A stretch of 64,000 nucleotides of DNA, taken from positions 3,380 to 67,379 of the forward strand of contig JAPOWB010000003.1 in the NCBI GenBank assembly GCA_026707815.1, read 5' to 3'. Each line of letters opens with the position of its first letter. Positions within the stretch are counted from its first letter, which is position 1. Of the stretch, positions 19,592 to 28,807 are shown in pieces. The position numbers and the translations under genes were made by a program. This DNA is from Candidatus Saccharimonadota bacterium (lineage in GTDB: Bacteria; Patescibacteriota; Saccharimonadia; Saccharimonadales; VXPC01). The notes below the pieces were generated by a model. The model was not told the origin of the DNA. It made no database searches and saw nothing but the letters and a program-made list of their open reading frames with translations.

Positions 19592-21382
19592 ATGTCAAAA
19601 GTTATCTCATTCATTAAACAACACTGGCGATGGTTCATTATCTTGGGTGGGATCATTCTCATCATCCTAGTCATTTTTTTATTAATTAGTCAATCTCAAG
19701 AATCAGACAACGAAATTCCCCCTGAAAGTAATTCCTCCAATCAGTCAGATGATTCCTCTGATAATAAAAAAATAGATGATTGGCAATTAGATATTAAATC
19801 ATCTACTCCATCTGCTGAGGCTTCAGATAGCTTAACATCAACAACTGCAGAGAGCTTGGGCTTCTCAACTGGCGGGGCGAAAGATATTAATAATTTTCGC
19901 CAGAATATAGAAAATGGCTATCTACCCATTCCAACTGATATTAGTCATGAAGGTTTATTCTATGAATATTTCTTTGAGACTGACTTTGAGGAATCAGACA
20001 CTTGTGAACAACTATTCTGTCCAACTTACGAAACTGCTGTTTCAACAGATCCATTTTCTAATAAGAATGAACATTTTTTAGCAGTCGGCTTGAATTCTGA
20101 TTTGGAAATAGATAGTTTTCAGCGTAAAAAACTCAATTTGGTTTTGGCTCTAGATATTTCAGGTTCAATGTCATCACCTTTTGATAAATACTATTATAAT
20201 GGCAGATTATTAGCTGATCAGGAAACTCGCCCTGATACTCGATCCAAGCTTGAAATAGCTAGTCACGCCTTGATTAATTTACTTAATCATCTTGACGATG
20301 ATGATCGCTTAGGAATCATTCTCTTTGATCATAATGTCTATCAAGCCAAGCCCATAAGATTGGTCGAAGAAACAGATATTAATGCTCTCAAAGGGCACTT
20401 ACGAGAACTCCAAGCTGGAGGCGGAACCAATATGGAGGCTGGCTACAGACAAGCCAGTCAACTATTGACAGAATTTTCCGATGCTGAACAAGATGAATAC
20501 GAAAATCGCATCATATTCTTAACTGACGCCATGCCCAATATTGGAGCTTTGAACAACAATGATTTAGCTAATCTTATTGCGGATAATGCTCGACAAAATA
20601 TTTATACTAGCTTCATTGGGTTAGGCATTGATGCCAATAGTCAACTGATTGAAACTTTGAGTCGAACTAAGGGGGCTAACCATTATTTCATTCATGATTC
20701 TAATGAATTTATACGAAGACTCAATGAAGGCTTCGATTATATGGTTACACCTTTAGTTTTCGATTTGCAACTGAACTTAAAATCCCCAGGCTATAAGATT
20801 AAAGCTGTCTATGGTTCACCTGAAGCTGATCTATCAACTGGACAATTAATGAAAGTTAATACTCTCTTCCCTTCGCTGAGGATTAATGACCAAACTCGAG
20901 GGGGACTGGTTTTACTACATTTAGAAAAAATCTCAGATTCAACTCTGATAGATTTAGATATTAGCTATAAAGATCGCTTAGGTAAACACTTTAAGCATTC
21001 AACAAAAATTGATTTTCCAGATTCCAAAACTCCCTATTATAGCAATTTAGGCATTAGGAAAGGGATTGCCCTAGCTCGATATGTCAATGTTTTAAGAGAT
21101 TGGTTAGCCTATCAAAATAATGCTCAAAAGTACAATATTGAGCTTCATAAACATTGCAAAAAGCCAATTGATTATCGTCAATGTGGTATCCCAGTTGTAT
21201 CAAATGCTGATTTAGGAATTTGGGAAAGAACTTCCAAAACCCTAATTTTAGATAAAAAATATCAAACAATAATGCTCCAACTTCAAAATTACCTCAATAC
21301 TGAACTGAGTTTAATCGGTGATGATCAGCTTCAAATAGAGATTGATCTTCTGGGTAAAATTATCAAAGCCACACAACATTAG
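19592..21382 (+). CDS. von Willebrand factor A domain protein (YfbK-like)
   Basis: MIDAS motif LALDISGSMS and N-terminal FRQNIENGYLPIPTDISHEGLFYEYFF typical of YfbK-type vWA proteins. I prefer the ATG at 19592 (TATAAT 9 nt upstream) because the track start at 19526 overlaps the divergent gene. Confidence 0.75.
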   Translation: MSKVISFIKQHWRWFIILGGIILIILVIFLLISQSQESDNEIPPESNSSNQSDDSSDNKKIDDWQLDIKSSTPSAEASDSLTSTTAESLGFSTGGAKDINNFRQNIENGYLPIPTDISHEGLFYEYFFETDFEESDTCEQLFCPTYETAVSTDPFSNKNEHFLAVGLNSDLEIDSFQRKKLNLVLALDISGSMSSPFDKYYYNGRLLADQETRPDTRSKLEIASHALINLLNHLDDDDRLGIILFDHNVYQAKPIRLVEETDINALKGHLRELQAGGGTNMEAGYRQASQLLTEFSDAEQDEYENRIIFLTDAMPNIGALNNNDLANLIADNARQNIYTSFIGLGIDANSQLIETLSRTKGANHYFIHDSNEFIRRLNEGFDYMVTPLVFDLQLNLKSPGYKIKAVYGSPEADLSTGQLMKVNTLFPSLRINDQTRGGLVLLHLEKISDSTLIDLDISYKDRLGKHFKHSTKIDFPDSKTPYYSNLGIRKGIALARYVNVLRDWLAYQNNAQKYNIELHKHCKKPIDYRQCGIPVVSNADLGIWERTSKTLILDKKYQTIMLQLQNYLNTELSLIGDDQLQIEIDLLGKIIKATQH

Positions 21383-21383
21383 A

Positions 21384-23375
21384 TTAGGTTTTTTCTTTCA
21401 AGCTTCTTAAGTGGTCTCTAATTTCAGCAGCTTGTTCAAATTCTAAATTAGCAGCATGTTCATGCATAGCTTGAGTTAATTGGTATTCTAGTTGAGGTAA
21501 TTCATCTTTAGGAATAGTTTTTAAACTCTTTTGAAATTCATGACGACGTTGCTTAGTCTTGGTGCTTTCAGTCGGTTCTGTCAAACGCAAGCTACTATTA
21601 ATTTCTTTAACAATTGTTCGGGGAGTAATATTGTGCTTTTTATTAAAGGCAATTTGTATATCTCGGCGACGATTGGTCTCATCAATAGCCCTTTGCATAC
21701 TTTGAGTTATCTGATCAGCGTACATAATGACTCGACCCTCTTGATGTCGAGCCGCCCGTCCGATAGTTTGAATTAAAGCTCGATCTGATCTCAGAAAACC
21801 TTCTTTATCAGCATCCAAAATAATTACTAGGCTTACTTCTGGTAAATCTAAGCCTTCTCTCAATAAATTGATGCCAACTATGACATCATAAACACCAGCC
21901 CTTAAATCCCTTAAAATATCAACTCTCTCCAAAGTATCAACATCGCTATGAAGCCATTGAACCTTAATTTGTAAATCAGCTAAGTGATCATTAAGATTTT
22001 CTGCTAAACGTTTAGTCAAAACTGTAATCAGTACTCTTTGTTTTTTGGCGACAGTTTTTTGGATCAAATCAATCAAATCATCAATTTGACCCTTAATGGG
22101 GCGAACCTCCACTAAAGGATCTAGCAAACCAGTTGGTCTAATAATTTGTTCAATAGGTTTGGGGCATCGGGTTAATTCCCAATCACCGGGGGTGGCGGAA
22201 ATATAAATAACTTGGTTGAAATGTTGCTCAAATTCTTCAAAATTTAAAGGTCGATTGTCTAAAGCTGAGGGTAAGCGAAAACCATAATCCACTAAAGTCT
22301 GTTTGCGTGATCTGTCACCAGTATACATGCCTCTAACCTGGGGAATTGTTAAATGACTTTCATCGATTAAAAGCAAAAAGTCGTCAGGAAAATAATCTAG
22401 TAAAGTAACTGGTTCTTGACCTATTCGCCGATTGGTTAAATACCGACTATAGTTCTCTATGCCTTTGACAAAACCCGTCTCAGCCATCATTTCTAAATCA
22501 TAAGACACTCTTTGATTTAATCTTTGGGCTTCTAGGTCTAAGTTTTGGGATTTAAACCAAGCTAGTCTATCTGCTAATTCTTGTTTAATGTCTACCAAAG
22601 CTTGTTTTAATCTTTCTTCAGTTGTTACATAGTGGCTACTGGGGAAAACAGTCAAAGTCGGTTGATTGGCTTCAAATTGCCCCGTTAGAGGATCAAATTG
22701 ACGAATTCTTTCAATTTGATTACCCCAGAAATCAACTCGATAAGCGACATCAATGTCAGCGGGCTGAATATCTAAAACATCCCCTTTAATCCTAAAAGTA
22801 CCTCTTTTCAGTTCCATATCATTGCGTTGATATTGAATGTCGGACAAATGACGGATTAACTTAGCTCGATCTCTGATCGTGCCAGCTTTTAAAGTTACTG
22901 ACAAATCCTTGTACGAAGCCACATCACCCAAACCATAGATACAGCTCACCGAAGCGACAATCAAGACATCAGATCGGCTCAGCAAAGCAGTTGTAGCGGC
23001 ATGTCGCAATCGATCAATCTCTTCATTGATATCGCTATCTTTCTCAATATAAGTATCAGTCTGAGGTTTATAAGCTTCAGGCTGGTAATAATCAAAATAA
23101 CTAACAAAATAATGAACGGCGTTATTAGGAAAAAAAGCTTTGAATTCACCGTAAAGTTGAGCTGCTAAAGTCTTATTGTGGACTAAAACTAAAGTTGGTT
23201 TTTGATGCTGGGCGATAATATTGGCGACTGTAAAAGTTTTACCCGTTCCAGTCGCTCCTAACAACACTTGTTCATTATGCCCTTTTTTCAAATTTTGACT
23301 TAACTTATTAATGGCTTGGGGTTGATCGCCTTGGGGTTGAAAAGGGCTGACTAATTTAAATTTTTTATTATTCAC
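21384..23375 (-). CDS. uvrB: excinuclease ABC subunit B
   Basis: Full-length match by eye: GATGTGKTF Walker A, DESH box (LLIDESH), and the C-terminal UVR motif ([11 protein letters not shown]). Confidence 0.95.
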   Translation of the reverse strand: MNNKKFKLVSPFQPQGDQPQAINKLSQNLKKGHNEQVLLGATGTGKTFTVANIIAQHQKPTLVLVHNKTLAAQLYGEFKAFFPNNAVHYFVSYFDYYQPEAYKPQTDTYIEKDSDINEEIDRLRHAATTALLSRSDVLIVASVSCIYGLGDVASYKDLSVTLKAGTIRDRAKLIRHLSDIQYQRNDMELKRGTFRIKGDVLDIQPADIDVAYRVDFWGNQIERIRQFDPLTGQFEANQPTLTVFPSSHYVTTEERLKQALVDIKQELADRLAWFKSQNLDLEAQRLNQRVSYDLEMMAETGFVKGIENYSRYLTNRRIGQEPVTLLDYFPDDFLLLIDESHLTIPQVRGMYTGDRSRKQTLVDYGFRLPSALDNRPLNFEEFEQHFNQVIYISATPGDWELTRCPKPIEQIIRPTGLLDPLVEVRPIKGQIDDLIDLIQKTVAKKQRVLITVLTKRLAENLNDHLADLQIKVQWLHSDVDTLERVDILRDLRAGVYDVIVGINLLREGLDLPEVSLVIILDADKEGFLRSDRALIQTIGRAARHQEGRVIMYADQITQSMQRAIDETNRRRDIQIAFNKKHNITPRTIVKEINSSLRLTEPTESTKTKQRRHEFQKSLKTIPKDELPQLEYQLTQAMHEHAANLEFEQAAEIRDHLRSLKEKT

Positions 23376-23542
23376 AAGTAAAAGAGCAAATTAATAATTG
23401 CTGATTTAAAAAGACTTTAAGTATCTAATATATTACAGAATAATTAACGTTATTGACAATAAAAAATGTCAAGATTGGAGACAATTATTCAACGAACCAG
23501 CTTTTCAGATAGAATATTGATCTTTTATCAATCACCTATCTC

Positions 23543-23581
23543 AAAAGTTAGGAGGGAGAGCAGTATTACCTACTCCCCCTC
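23543..23581 (-). terminator. hairpin terminator of cassette D
   Basis: On the minus strand: GAGGGGGAG-12 nt-CTCTCCCTC (9 bp with one G-U pair) followed by CTAACTTTTG, 27 nt after the TAG stop. Confidence 0.5.
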
Positions 23582-23608
23582 AGGTGGACAGAAACAGAAG
23601 GGCAGTGA

Positions 23609-24433
23609 CTACCAGTTACGGTTAACCACGGCTTCGAACGTGTCTGACAGTTGAGCTGTCGAGGTCACGTCGTGGCATTTGCTGCAGATAGCAGTGAGGA
23701 ACTGGATGTGATCTTGAACGAATTTGGGTTGGGTATAGTCTCGCCTGAATTTAGTCTGATTGGTGTCAACCACGGCAATGGTATGAAACCTCCAATCAAT
23801 CAAATCCTGGCTAGAAGACATAGTTGCAGCCATCCAGACAGCTGATTCCATGATGTCCCAGTGACACTGTGGAGCCCATTGACAGACGGGAAATCCCGCA
23901 TCAACGATGGATGAAATCAGTACCACATGGCAAGTAGTCCGCTGTGGCTTCGGCGAAGTCGTATTAAGGCAGGCATACCCCGCTTCACGCAAAGCTGTCG
24001 AATACAGATTGTCGACTGATCCTTCTGCCCCACCCCCAGCTTGGAGGATGGGATGGAAGCTCTCAACACCGTTCGGCTGAACGCTGATGACTCGATCAAC
24101 GACAAATGGGATTTCCCCCGAGAAGAATCGTCTCGGCTCATCATTGAGCAAAAGATTCTCGAGGAGTTGCCATGAACCCGGCTGACCATCGTTAACATGA
24201 ACGACGATCAACTGCCTCTCCCACGGTGCTCTGATTCGCCCGTCATCGTAGGCAGACTCATAGTCGCTGGAGGGACCGCCGGCAGCGGCAATCGGGGTGG
24301 CAGCAGTCAGGATGCTGATCAAACAGACAGCCATCATGCCCATCAAACCACGCGCCAACGTGGTTTTGCTCGACCAGAATGACTGATCTGACGTCAGACA
24401 TTTCTGATTCTTCTTCATGTTTTTTCCTTTCAA
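23609..24433 (-). CDS. G+C-rich secreted or membrane-anchored orphan protein (cassette D)
   Basis: AAGGAGGAGG upstream. Hydrophobic N-terminal segment GLMGMMAVCLISILTAATPIAAAG. Cys-rich mature part with no motif I recognise. The start is either TTG 24433 or ATG 24418. Confidence 0.65.
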   Translation of the reverse strand: MKGKNMKKNQKCLTSDQSFWSSKTTLARGLMGMMAVCLISILTAATPIAAAGGPSSDYESAYDDGRIRAPWERQLIVVHVNDGQPGSWQLLENLLLNDEPRRFFSGEIPFVVDRVISVQPNGVESFHPILQAGGGAEGSVDNLYSTALREAGYACLNTTSPKPQRTTCHVVLISSIVDAGFPVCQWAPQCHWDIMESAVWMAATMSSSQDLIDWRFHTIAVVDTNQTKFRRDYTQPKFVQDHIQFLTAICSKCHDVTSTAQLSDTFEAVVNRNW

Positions 24434-24474
24434 AGTGGTTGCTCCTCCTCCTTATGAGGGAAGCACTGATATAT

Positions 24475-24503
24475 ATTATACAATACTCTTATGATTTTTT
24501 CAA
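24475..24503 (-). promoter_or_regulatory. sigma70-type promoter of cassette D
   Basis: Minus strand: TTGAAA (24498-24503), 17-nt spacer, TATAAT (24475-24480). 25 of 28 aligned positions are identical to the promoter at 62376-62404. Confidence 0.5.
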
Positions 24504-24525
24504 GGTACCTGTGCTTTTATACTTA

Positions 24526-25668
24526 TTAGTTTTGACAGATATCAAAATTAACTTCATAGGAGATATTGCTTTGGTTAAAATTTTTAATCAATTCACTGTT
24601 AGCCAGACTACCTTGATTGCTTGGGGGAATTTCAATAGCGAAATCCAAAGCTTTTAAATCAATGTTAAAAATTTGATTAAAATCACCAATTAAAGATTGA
24701 TTAGAGCAGAGAAAACCCCAATCTAAATCAGTATTAGCTCCAGTCTGAATCACTGCCAAAACCAAATCAGCCAAAGCTTGACGATGGTATAAATTGTATG
24801 TGTGATCTTGAGTTATGCATTGATAGCTCCCCCGTCGAACCTCAGCCACTTCAGCTTCTAATTGACTTAATTCACCGCTGTCGAAAGAAAGTCTCAACTT
24901 TTCTGCATTAGCCAGAGCTTGCTTATAAATTTGATTAAAATCAGCTTCGGACATTTGAGAACAATCCAAGCCAGCATAAGCAAAGCCAGAAGGTAGATTA
25001 TATGATGTCTGAAACAAGGTGAAATAGCTAACCGAAGCTGAAATTAGTAAACTGAATATTAAAAGTATGAAAATGGTTATTCGCAACCTAGATCTTGGTC
25101 GACGAGATCTTTTATAATACTTTAAATTTAACTTAGGTAGCTGTGACTGAGGAACTTCTGGAGATCTGGAAACTGTTGATTGATGAGAAATATGACTCGG
25201 TATGGTCATTAAGGGAGATTGGGGATTAGGGGTTGAAGGTTTATATATCTGATTAATCGGTGGAGCGTGATGAGGAGGAAATGGCTGATAAGGTTGTTGA
25301 GGTTGAGTATTTATTGATTGAGGAACTACTTGAGCTGGATGAGGAGACTGTGCTTGAGGAAATTGTCCACCAGTCACTGGACGTTCTGAATAAATCGGAG
25401 AACTATTCTGTTGAGATGAATCAGGTTGAGTTAAGGCTTGGGCTGGATGGACTGGGTTTTGGGTTTGATTGGCCATTGGTTGATAAATGGGTGGCTGTGG
25501 TTGAATTGGATTAGAGGCAATTTGAGCTTGAGGCGAATTTTGAGCTTGCTCCGGAGAAATCAAGTGAGTCTGAGTTTGAGATATGTCCAAACTCAAAGAT
25601 TTCGAACACTGAGAGCAAAATTTATCTGTTTCTAAGACTTGAGCTTGACAATTAGTGCATCGTCTCAT
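24526..25668 (-). CDS. zinc-ribbon, Pro/Gln-rich, single-pass membrane protein
   Basis: N-terminal CxxC...CxxC (RRCTNCQAQ...FCSQCSK), a long P/Q-rich linker, a TM segment (ITIFILLIFSLLISASVSYF) and a C-terminal extracytoplasmic domain. Confidence 0.6.
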   Translation of the reverse strand: MRRCTNCQAQVLETDKFCSQCSKSLSLDISQTQTHLISPEQAQNSPQAQIASNPIQPQPPIYQPMANQTQNPVHPAQALTQPDSSQQNSSPIYSERPVTGGQFPQAQSPHPAQVVPQSINTQPQQPYQPFPPHHAPPINQIYKPSTPNPQSPLMTIPSHISHQSTVSRSPEVPQSQLPKLNLKYYKRSRRPRSRLRITIFILLIFSLLISASVSYFTLFQTSYNLPSGFAYAGLDCSQMSEADFNQIYKQALANAEKLRLSFDSGELSQLEAEVAEVRRGSYQCITQDHTYNLYHRQALADLVLAVIQTGANTDLDWGFLCSNQSLIGDFNQIFNIDLKALDFAIEIPPSNQGSLANSELIKNFNQSNISYEVNFDICQN

Positions 25669-25719
25669 CTTTTAAATCCTATAAGAAATTTACATCAGAA
25701 AAAGTTATAAAAATTATCT

Positions 25720-26373
25720 TCAACCTCCAATTGATTGAGCTTGAGATTTAATTTTTAGAGCATCAGCCATAATCTGATCAAAAAGTTTCTTATTATCTGC
25801 CAATAGCTGAGAATCTAAATCTTGATAAGATTCCGCTATAATCTTGTTAAAAGCAGTTAATAAAATTTGAGGATCTTGATGGATAACCACGCGACGTTGT
25901 TGTTCAACTGGTAAACCTCTTAAATAATTCAAAAGAGTGTTATTATCTTGATTAGTCTCATCTAATAAAATGCCGACCGGTAAATCAATTTCTAAAGCTA
26001 AAGATAACTCAACCAAATTATCCATCACTGCGCCAACCAAAATAACCCCCTGAGCATTACTGATCATCTGGGCTAACAGAGGGAAATCTTTAGAAGCCGT
26101 ATAATAAATCCAGTCATAGCCCTCAACTGGTAGCTGTAATTCAACTGTATGATAACGTAAATTCCGAGCTGGACTGAAACCAATGCTTAAGCCTGCTTTA
26201 TCTGTCATACCTAAAGCAACCTGATGAGCAAGATTAAAACCAATTTCAGTTAACAAAGCATGTCCTTGGCTGGCTAATATCTGTCCCAATTCGAAGCCAG
26301 CTCGACTGAGATGCTGGCAACTATGCAGAGGTACTTTACTGCTGACTGCCAAACTATACTTAATCCCACCCAT
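25720..26373 (-). CDS. LOG/TIGR00725-like Rossmann-fold protein with degenerate motifs
   Basis: Overall pattern resembles the SLOG/LOG family. The usual GGGxGxM and GGxGT motifs read EIGFNLA and GAVMDNL, so the call is tentative. Confidence 0.35.
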   Translation of the reverse strand: MGGIKYSLAVSSKVPLHSCQHLSRAGFELGQILASQGHALLTEIGFNLAHQVALGMTDKAGLSIGFSPARNLRYHTVELQLPVEGYDWIYYTASKDFPLLAQMISNAQGVILVGAVMDNLVELSLALEIDLPVGILLDETNQDNNTLLNYLRGLPVEQQRRVVIHQDPQILLTAFNKIIAESYQDLDSQLLADNKKLFDQIMADALKIKSQAQSIGG

Positions 26374-26416
26374 AATATACTTTATAGTAACATATTTTTG
26401 TTGTAATTATGCCTAC

Positions 26417-27421
26417 TTAAAGATTAACAATATTAATCATTAAAGCAACATAGATAGATAAGAAGACCGCCCCTTCCCAAAGTCGTATTTCCTTGGTAAT
26501 GCCATTGACTAATAAAATTAAAGCTGAAGCCAATAATCCCAGTAAAGACCAGCCCAAAACACTGGTGTTAATAATCTGGGTATGAAGTAATCCAGCCACC
26601 CCACCGACTAATAAAATATTAAAGGCGCAAGAACCAATAATATTGCCCAAAACTAAATCACCCTTGCCTTGTCTGAGAGCTTTGTATGAGACTAAAAGTT
26701 CAGGCAAACTGGTTCCCAAAGCAATGGTTAGAAAAGTAGCGATTTCGATGCCAATTTGCACCTCTTGAGCAATTTGTAACATGTTATCAATAGCTAATCT
26801 TGAGCTAATAGCCAAAATAGTTGCTGAAACTACTAAAACTATTAAGCTTAAAATTAATTGCTTATGGCTAATGCTTGCAGGCTTGCTAACTTTAGAGTTT
26901 AAGGTTGATCGTTGGTCTTTGGCTTTAAGGCTAATTTTTTTAAGCCAAGCTATCAGACCCAAATTGGGTTTATCAGATTTTTGAGTTAAATTATAGACTA
27001 GATAACCGATGAAACTAATGCTTAAAAGTAGCCCATCAAGAAAAGTTAAATTACTATCCAAGATTAAAATACCAAATAAAATGGTCATGGTTAGCAGATA
27101 CGGTAAATCCAGATCAATCAGATTTTTCTTGAAAGTAATCGAGCCAAAAAGTAAAGTCATAATCCCCAAAATGACCAAGACATTAGCTACATTTGAACCA
27201 ACGATATTAGCAATGGCAACATTATGAGTATCATTTAAAATCGAGCTAACACTAGTGGCCAATTCAGGCAAACTGGTACCAAAGCCAACTAAAACAACTC
27301 CCAAGACAAAAGCTGGTAGATGAAACTTTTGACCAATAACATCCACAGATTTTAAAAACCAATCAGCAGCTTTAACGACTAAAATTAAAGCTACAACTAA
27401 AATTAAAATATTAAAAAACAT
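26417..27421 (-). CDS. Ca2+/cation antiporter (CaCA, YrbG-like)
   Basis: Two alpha-repeat motifs GTSLPELATS and GTSLPELLVS within a ~10-TM protein. Confidence 0.85.
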   Translation of the reverse strand: MFFNILILVVALILVVKAADWFLKSVDVIGQKFHLPAFVLGVVLVGFGTSLPELATSVSSILNDTHNVAIANIVGSNVANVLVILGIMTLLFGSITFKKNLIDLDLPYLLTMTILFGILILDSNLTFLDGLLLSISFIGYLVYNLTQKSDKPNLGLIAWLKKISLKAKDQRSTLNSKVSKPASISHKQLILSLIVLVVSATILAISSRLAIDNMLQIAQEVQIGIEIATFLTIALGTSLPELLVSYKALRQGKGDLVLGNIIGSCAFNILLVGGVAGLLHTQIINTSVLGWSLLGLLASALILLVNGITKEIRLWEGAVFLSIYVALMINIVNL

Positions 27422-27477
27422 GCCTTGTTATTGAAGATTGCTTTTCTCATGCTCTTAAGCATAATATCTTTCAAATG

Positions 27478-27624
27478 TTAATTAATTGACTCTCTTTTAT
27501 AGACTGCTGCTAAAAATTCAATATCCTTTTGCAAAAAAGTTTTTAGTGATCTCCCCCAGTCATCTACAATCAACCAGTCGAAGTGACCGATTGCAAGAAT
27601 TAGGAGGAGACCACCAATCTTCAT
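27478..27624 (-). CDS. possible second small ORF of cassette E (48 aa, hydrophobic N-terminus)
   Basis: Found by hand and below the track cutoff: ATG at 27624 preceded by GAGAGG, MKIGGLLLILAIGHFDWLIV.... The 3' half is A+T-rich and runs into the antiporter promoter region. Confidence 0.2.
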   Translation of the reverse strand: MKIGGLLLILAIGHFDWLIVDDWGRSLKTFLQKDIEFLAAVYKRESIN

Positions 27625-27643
27625 CAATTAACCTCTCTGAGGC

Positions 27644-27868
27644 TTACCTCGAACTCAGAGTTCTCTCCGTGGGAACCTTAATTCTGAAGAGATGCTTCAA
27701 GACCGCCTGGGTCTCCTTGACAAAGATCAACAGAAACATGCCAACAGTCATAATGACTGCCAAGCCGAAGAACAAGATGAAATTTTTCATCTCTTGAATG
27801 TCTTCAACTCCGCAACAGTTCAACAACCGTCGCCTAAACCTCTTCTCGTAATCTTGACGGATTATCAT
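27644..27868 (-). CDS. G+C-rich small single-TM protein (cassette E, 74 aa)
   Basis: GAAAGGAGGA lies 7 nt before the ATG. Basic N-terminus followed by a TM segment FILFFGLAVIMTVGMFLLIF. A hairpin CTCTGAG-12 nt-CTCAGAG spans the stop codon. Confidence 0.5.
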   Translation of the reverse strand: MIIRQDYEKRFRRRLLNCCGVEDIQEMKNFILFFGLAVIMTVGMFLLIFVKETQAVLKHLFRIKVPTERTLSSR

Positions 27869-28036
27869 CAGTCATCCTCCTTTCTTTTGGCTTATTGGTT
27901 TGATGGATTGGCTGATTTTTGATGAAGAACGATTCATTGCCTGATTGAATCAAGAATGAATTAATTAACATTTAAAAGAACAAAATTGTTGTTTTGTCAA
28001 ATTATAGCACATTGGATTCATATTTAAAGATATGAG

Positions 28037-28609
28037 CTATTTATCAGCTCGATGCTTAAGACTATCACCCCAAATGCTTTTGATGGCAATAATATTTAAA
28101 TAGCCATCAGCTCCCGTTCTTAGTTCTTCTGAGACTGAAGCTTGAGAGGCTAAGATATAAACTTTTTTATTACGAGTTCTTAAATATTGGACTAGACTCA
28201 AAAAATCAGAATCCCCTGTTAGCAAAACTACTTGCTGATACTGATGTCTATGATGAACCGCATCAATAGTCATCTCAACATCCATATTGCCTTTTTCTTG
28301 AACGAAATGCTTTGAACCCACTCGAACATTGATACGTTTTAGGGGCTTTTTAATAACTTTGAACTTTAAACCTTTTTCTAAAAAAGTATAAAATTTATGA
28401 CGATCCCCTAAATTATAAGATCGAGTACCCTCTTCTGGATAGGCTTCGTAATAAAAGAACTTAATCTTTTTCGAGGGAAAACGCCTAAAGATATATTTGA
28501 CTAATTTTTCATAATCAATTAACCGTCGCTTATATTTTTGCATCTCCCACAAATTAGCTGAATCAATAAAAACATAAGTGTGGTGAGCGGATTTAACGGA
28601 ACGTTTCAT
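28037..28609 (-). CDS. NYN/LabA-like domain protein
   Basis: VFIDSANLW N-terminal motif and LLTGDSDF motif typical of NYN/LabA nuclease-like domains. Confidence 0.7.
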   Translation of the reverse strand: MKRSVKSAHHTYVFIDSANLWEMQKYKRRLIDYEKLVKYIFRRFPSKKIKFFYYEAYPEEGTRSYNLGDRHKFYTFLEKGLKFKVIKKPLKRINVRVGSKHFVQEKGNMDVEMTIDAVHHRHQYQQVVLLTGDSDFLSLVQYLRTRNKKVYILASQASVSEELRTGADGYLNIIAIKSIWGDSLKHRADK

Positions 28610-28670
28610 AAAATACTAGAACTGATGCTTGAAAATCTCTAAAGATGATTTCTTTTAGGAAAATAAAGCT

Positions 28671-28747
28671 GGTGGGTACTGAGGGACTCGAACCCCCGAC
28701 CTCCTCGGTGTAAACGAGGCGCTCTAGCCAACTGAGCTAAGTACCCT
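28671..28747 (-). tRNA. tRNA-Val (anticodon UAC)
   Basis: The reverse complement folds with acceptor GGGTACT/AGTACCC, anticodon loop TTTACAC, T-arm GGGGG-TTCGAGT-CCCTC, CCA. Confidence 0.9.
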
Positions 28748-28807
28748 TAAAAATAAAAAACCAACAATATCTAAAATAATATATCATTTTTGAGTAAATC
28801 CCGTCTT

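Noticed and set aside
25260-25635. Plus-strand ORFs 25260..25514 and 25438..25635.
   Set aside because: They are antisense to the low-complexity P/Q-rich region of 24526..25668. Repetitive sequence keeps the opposite strand open.
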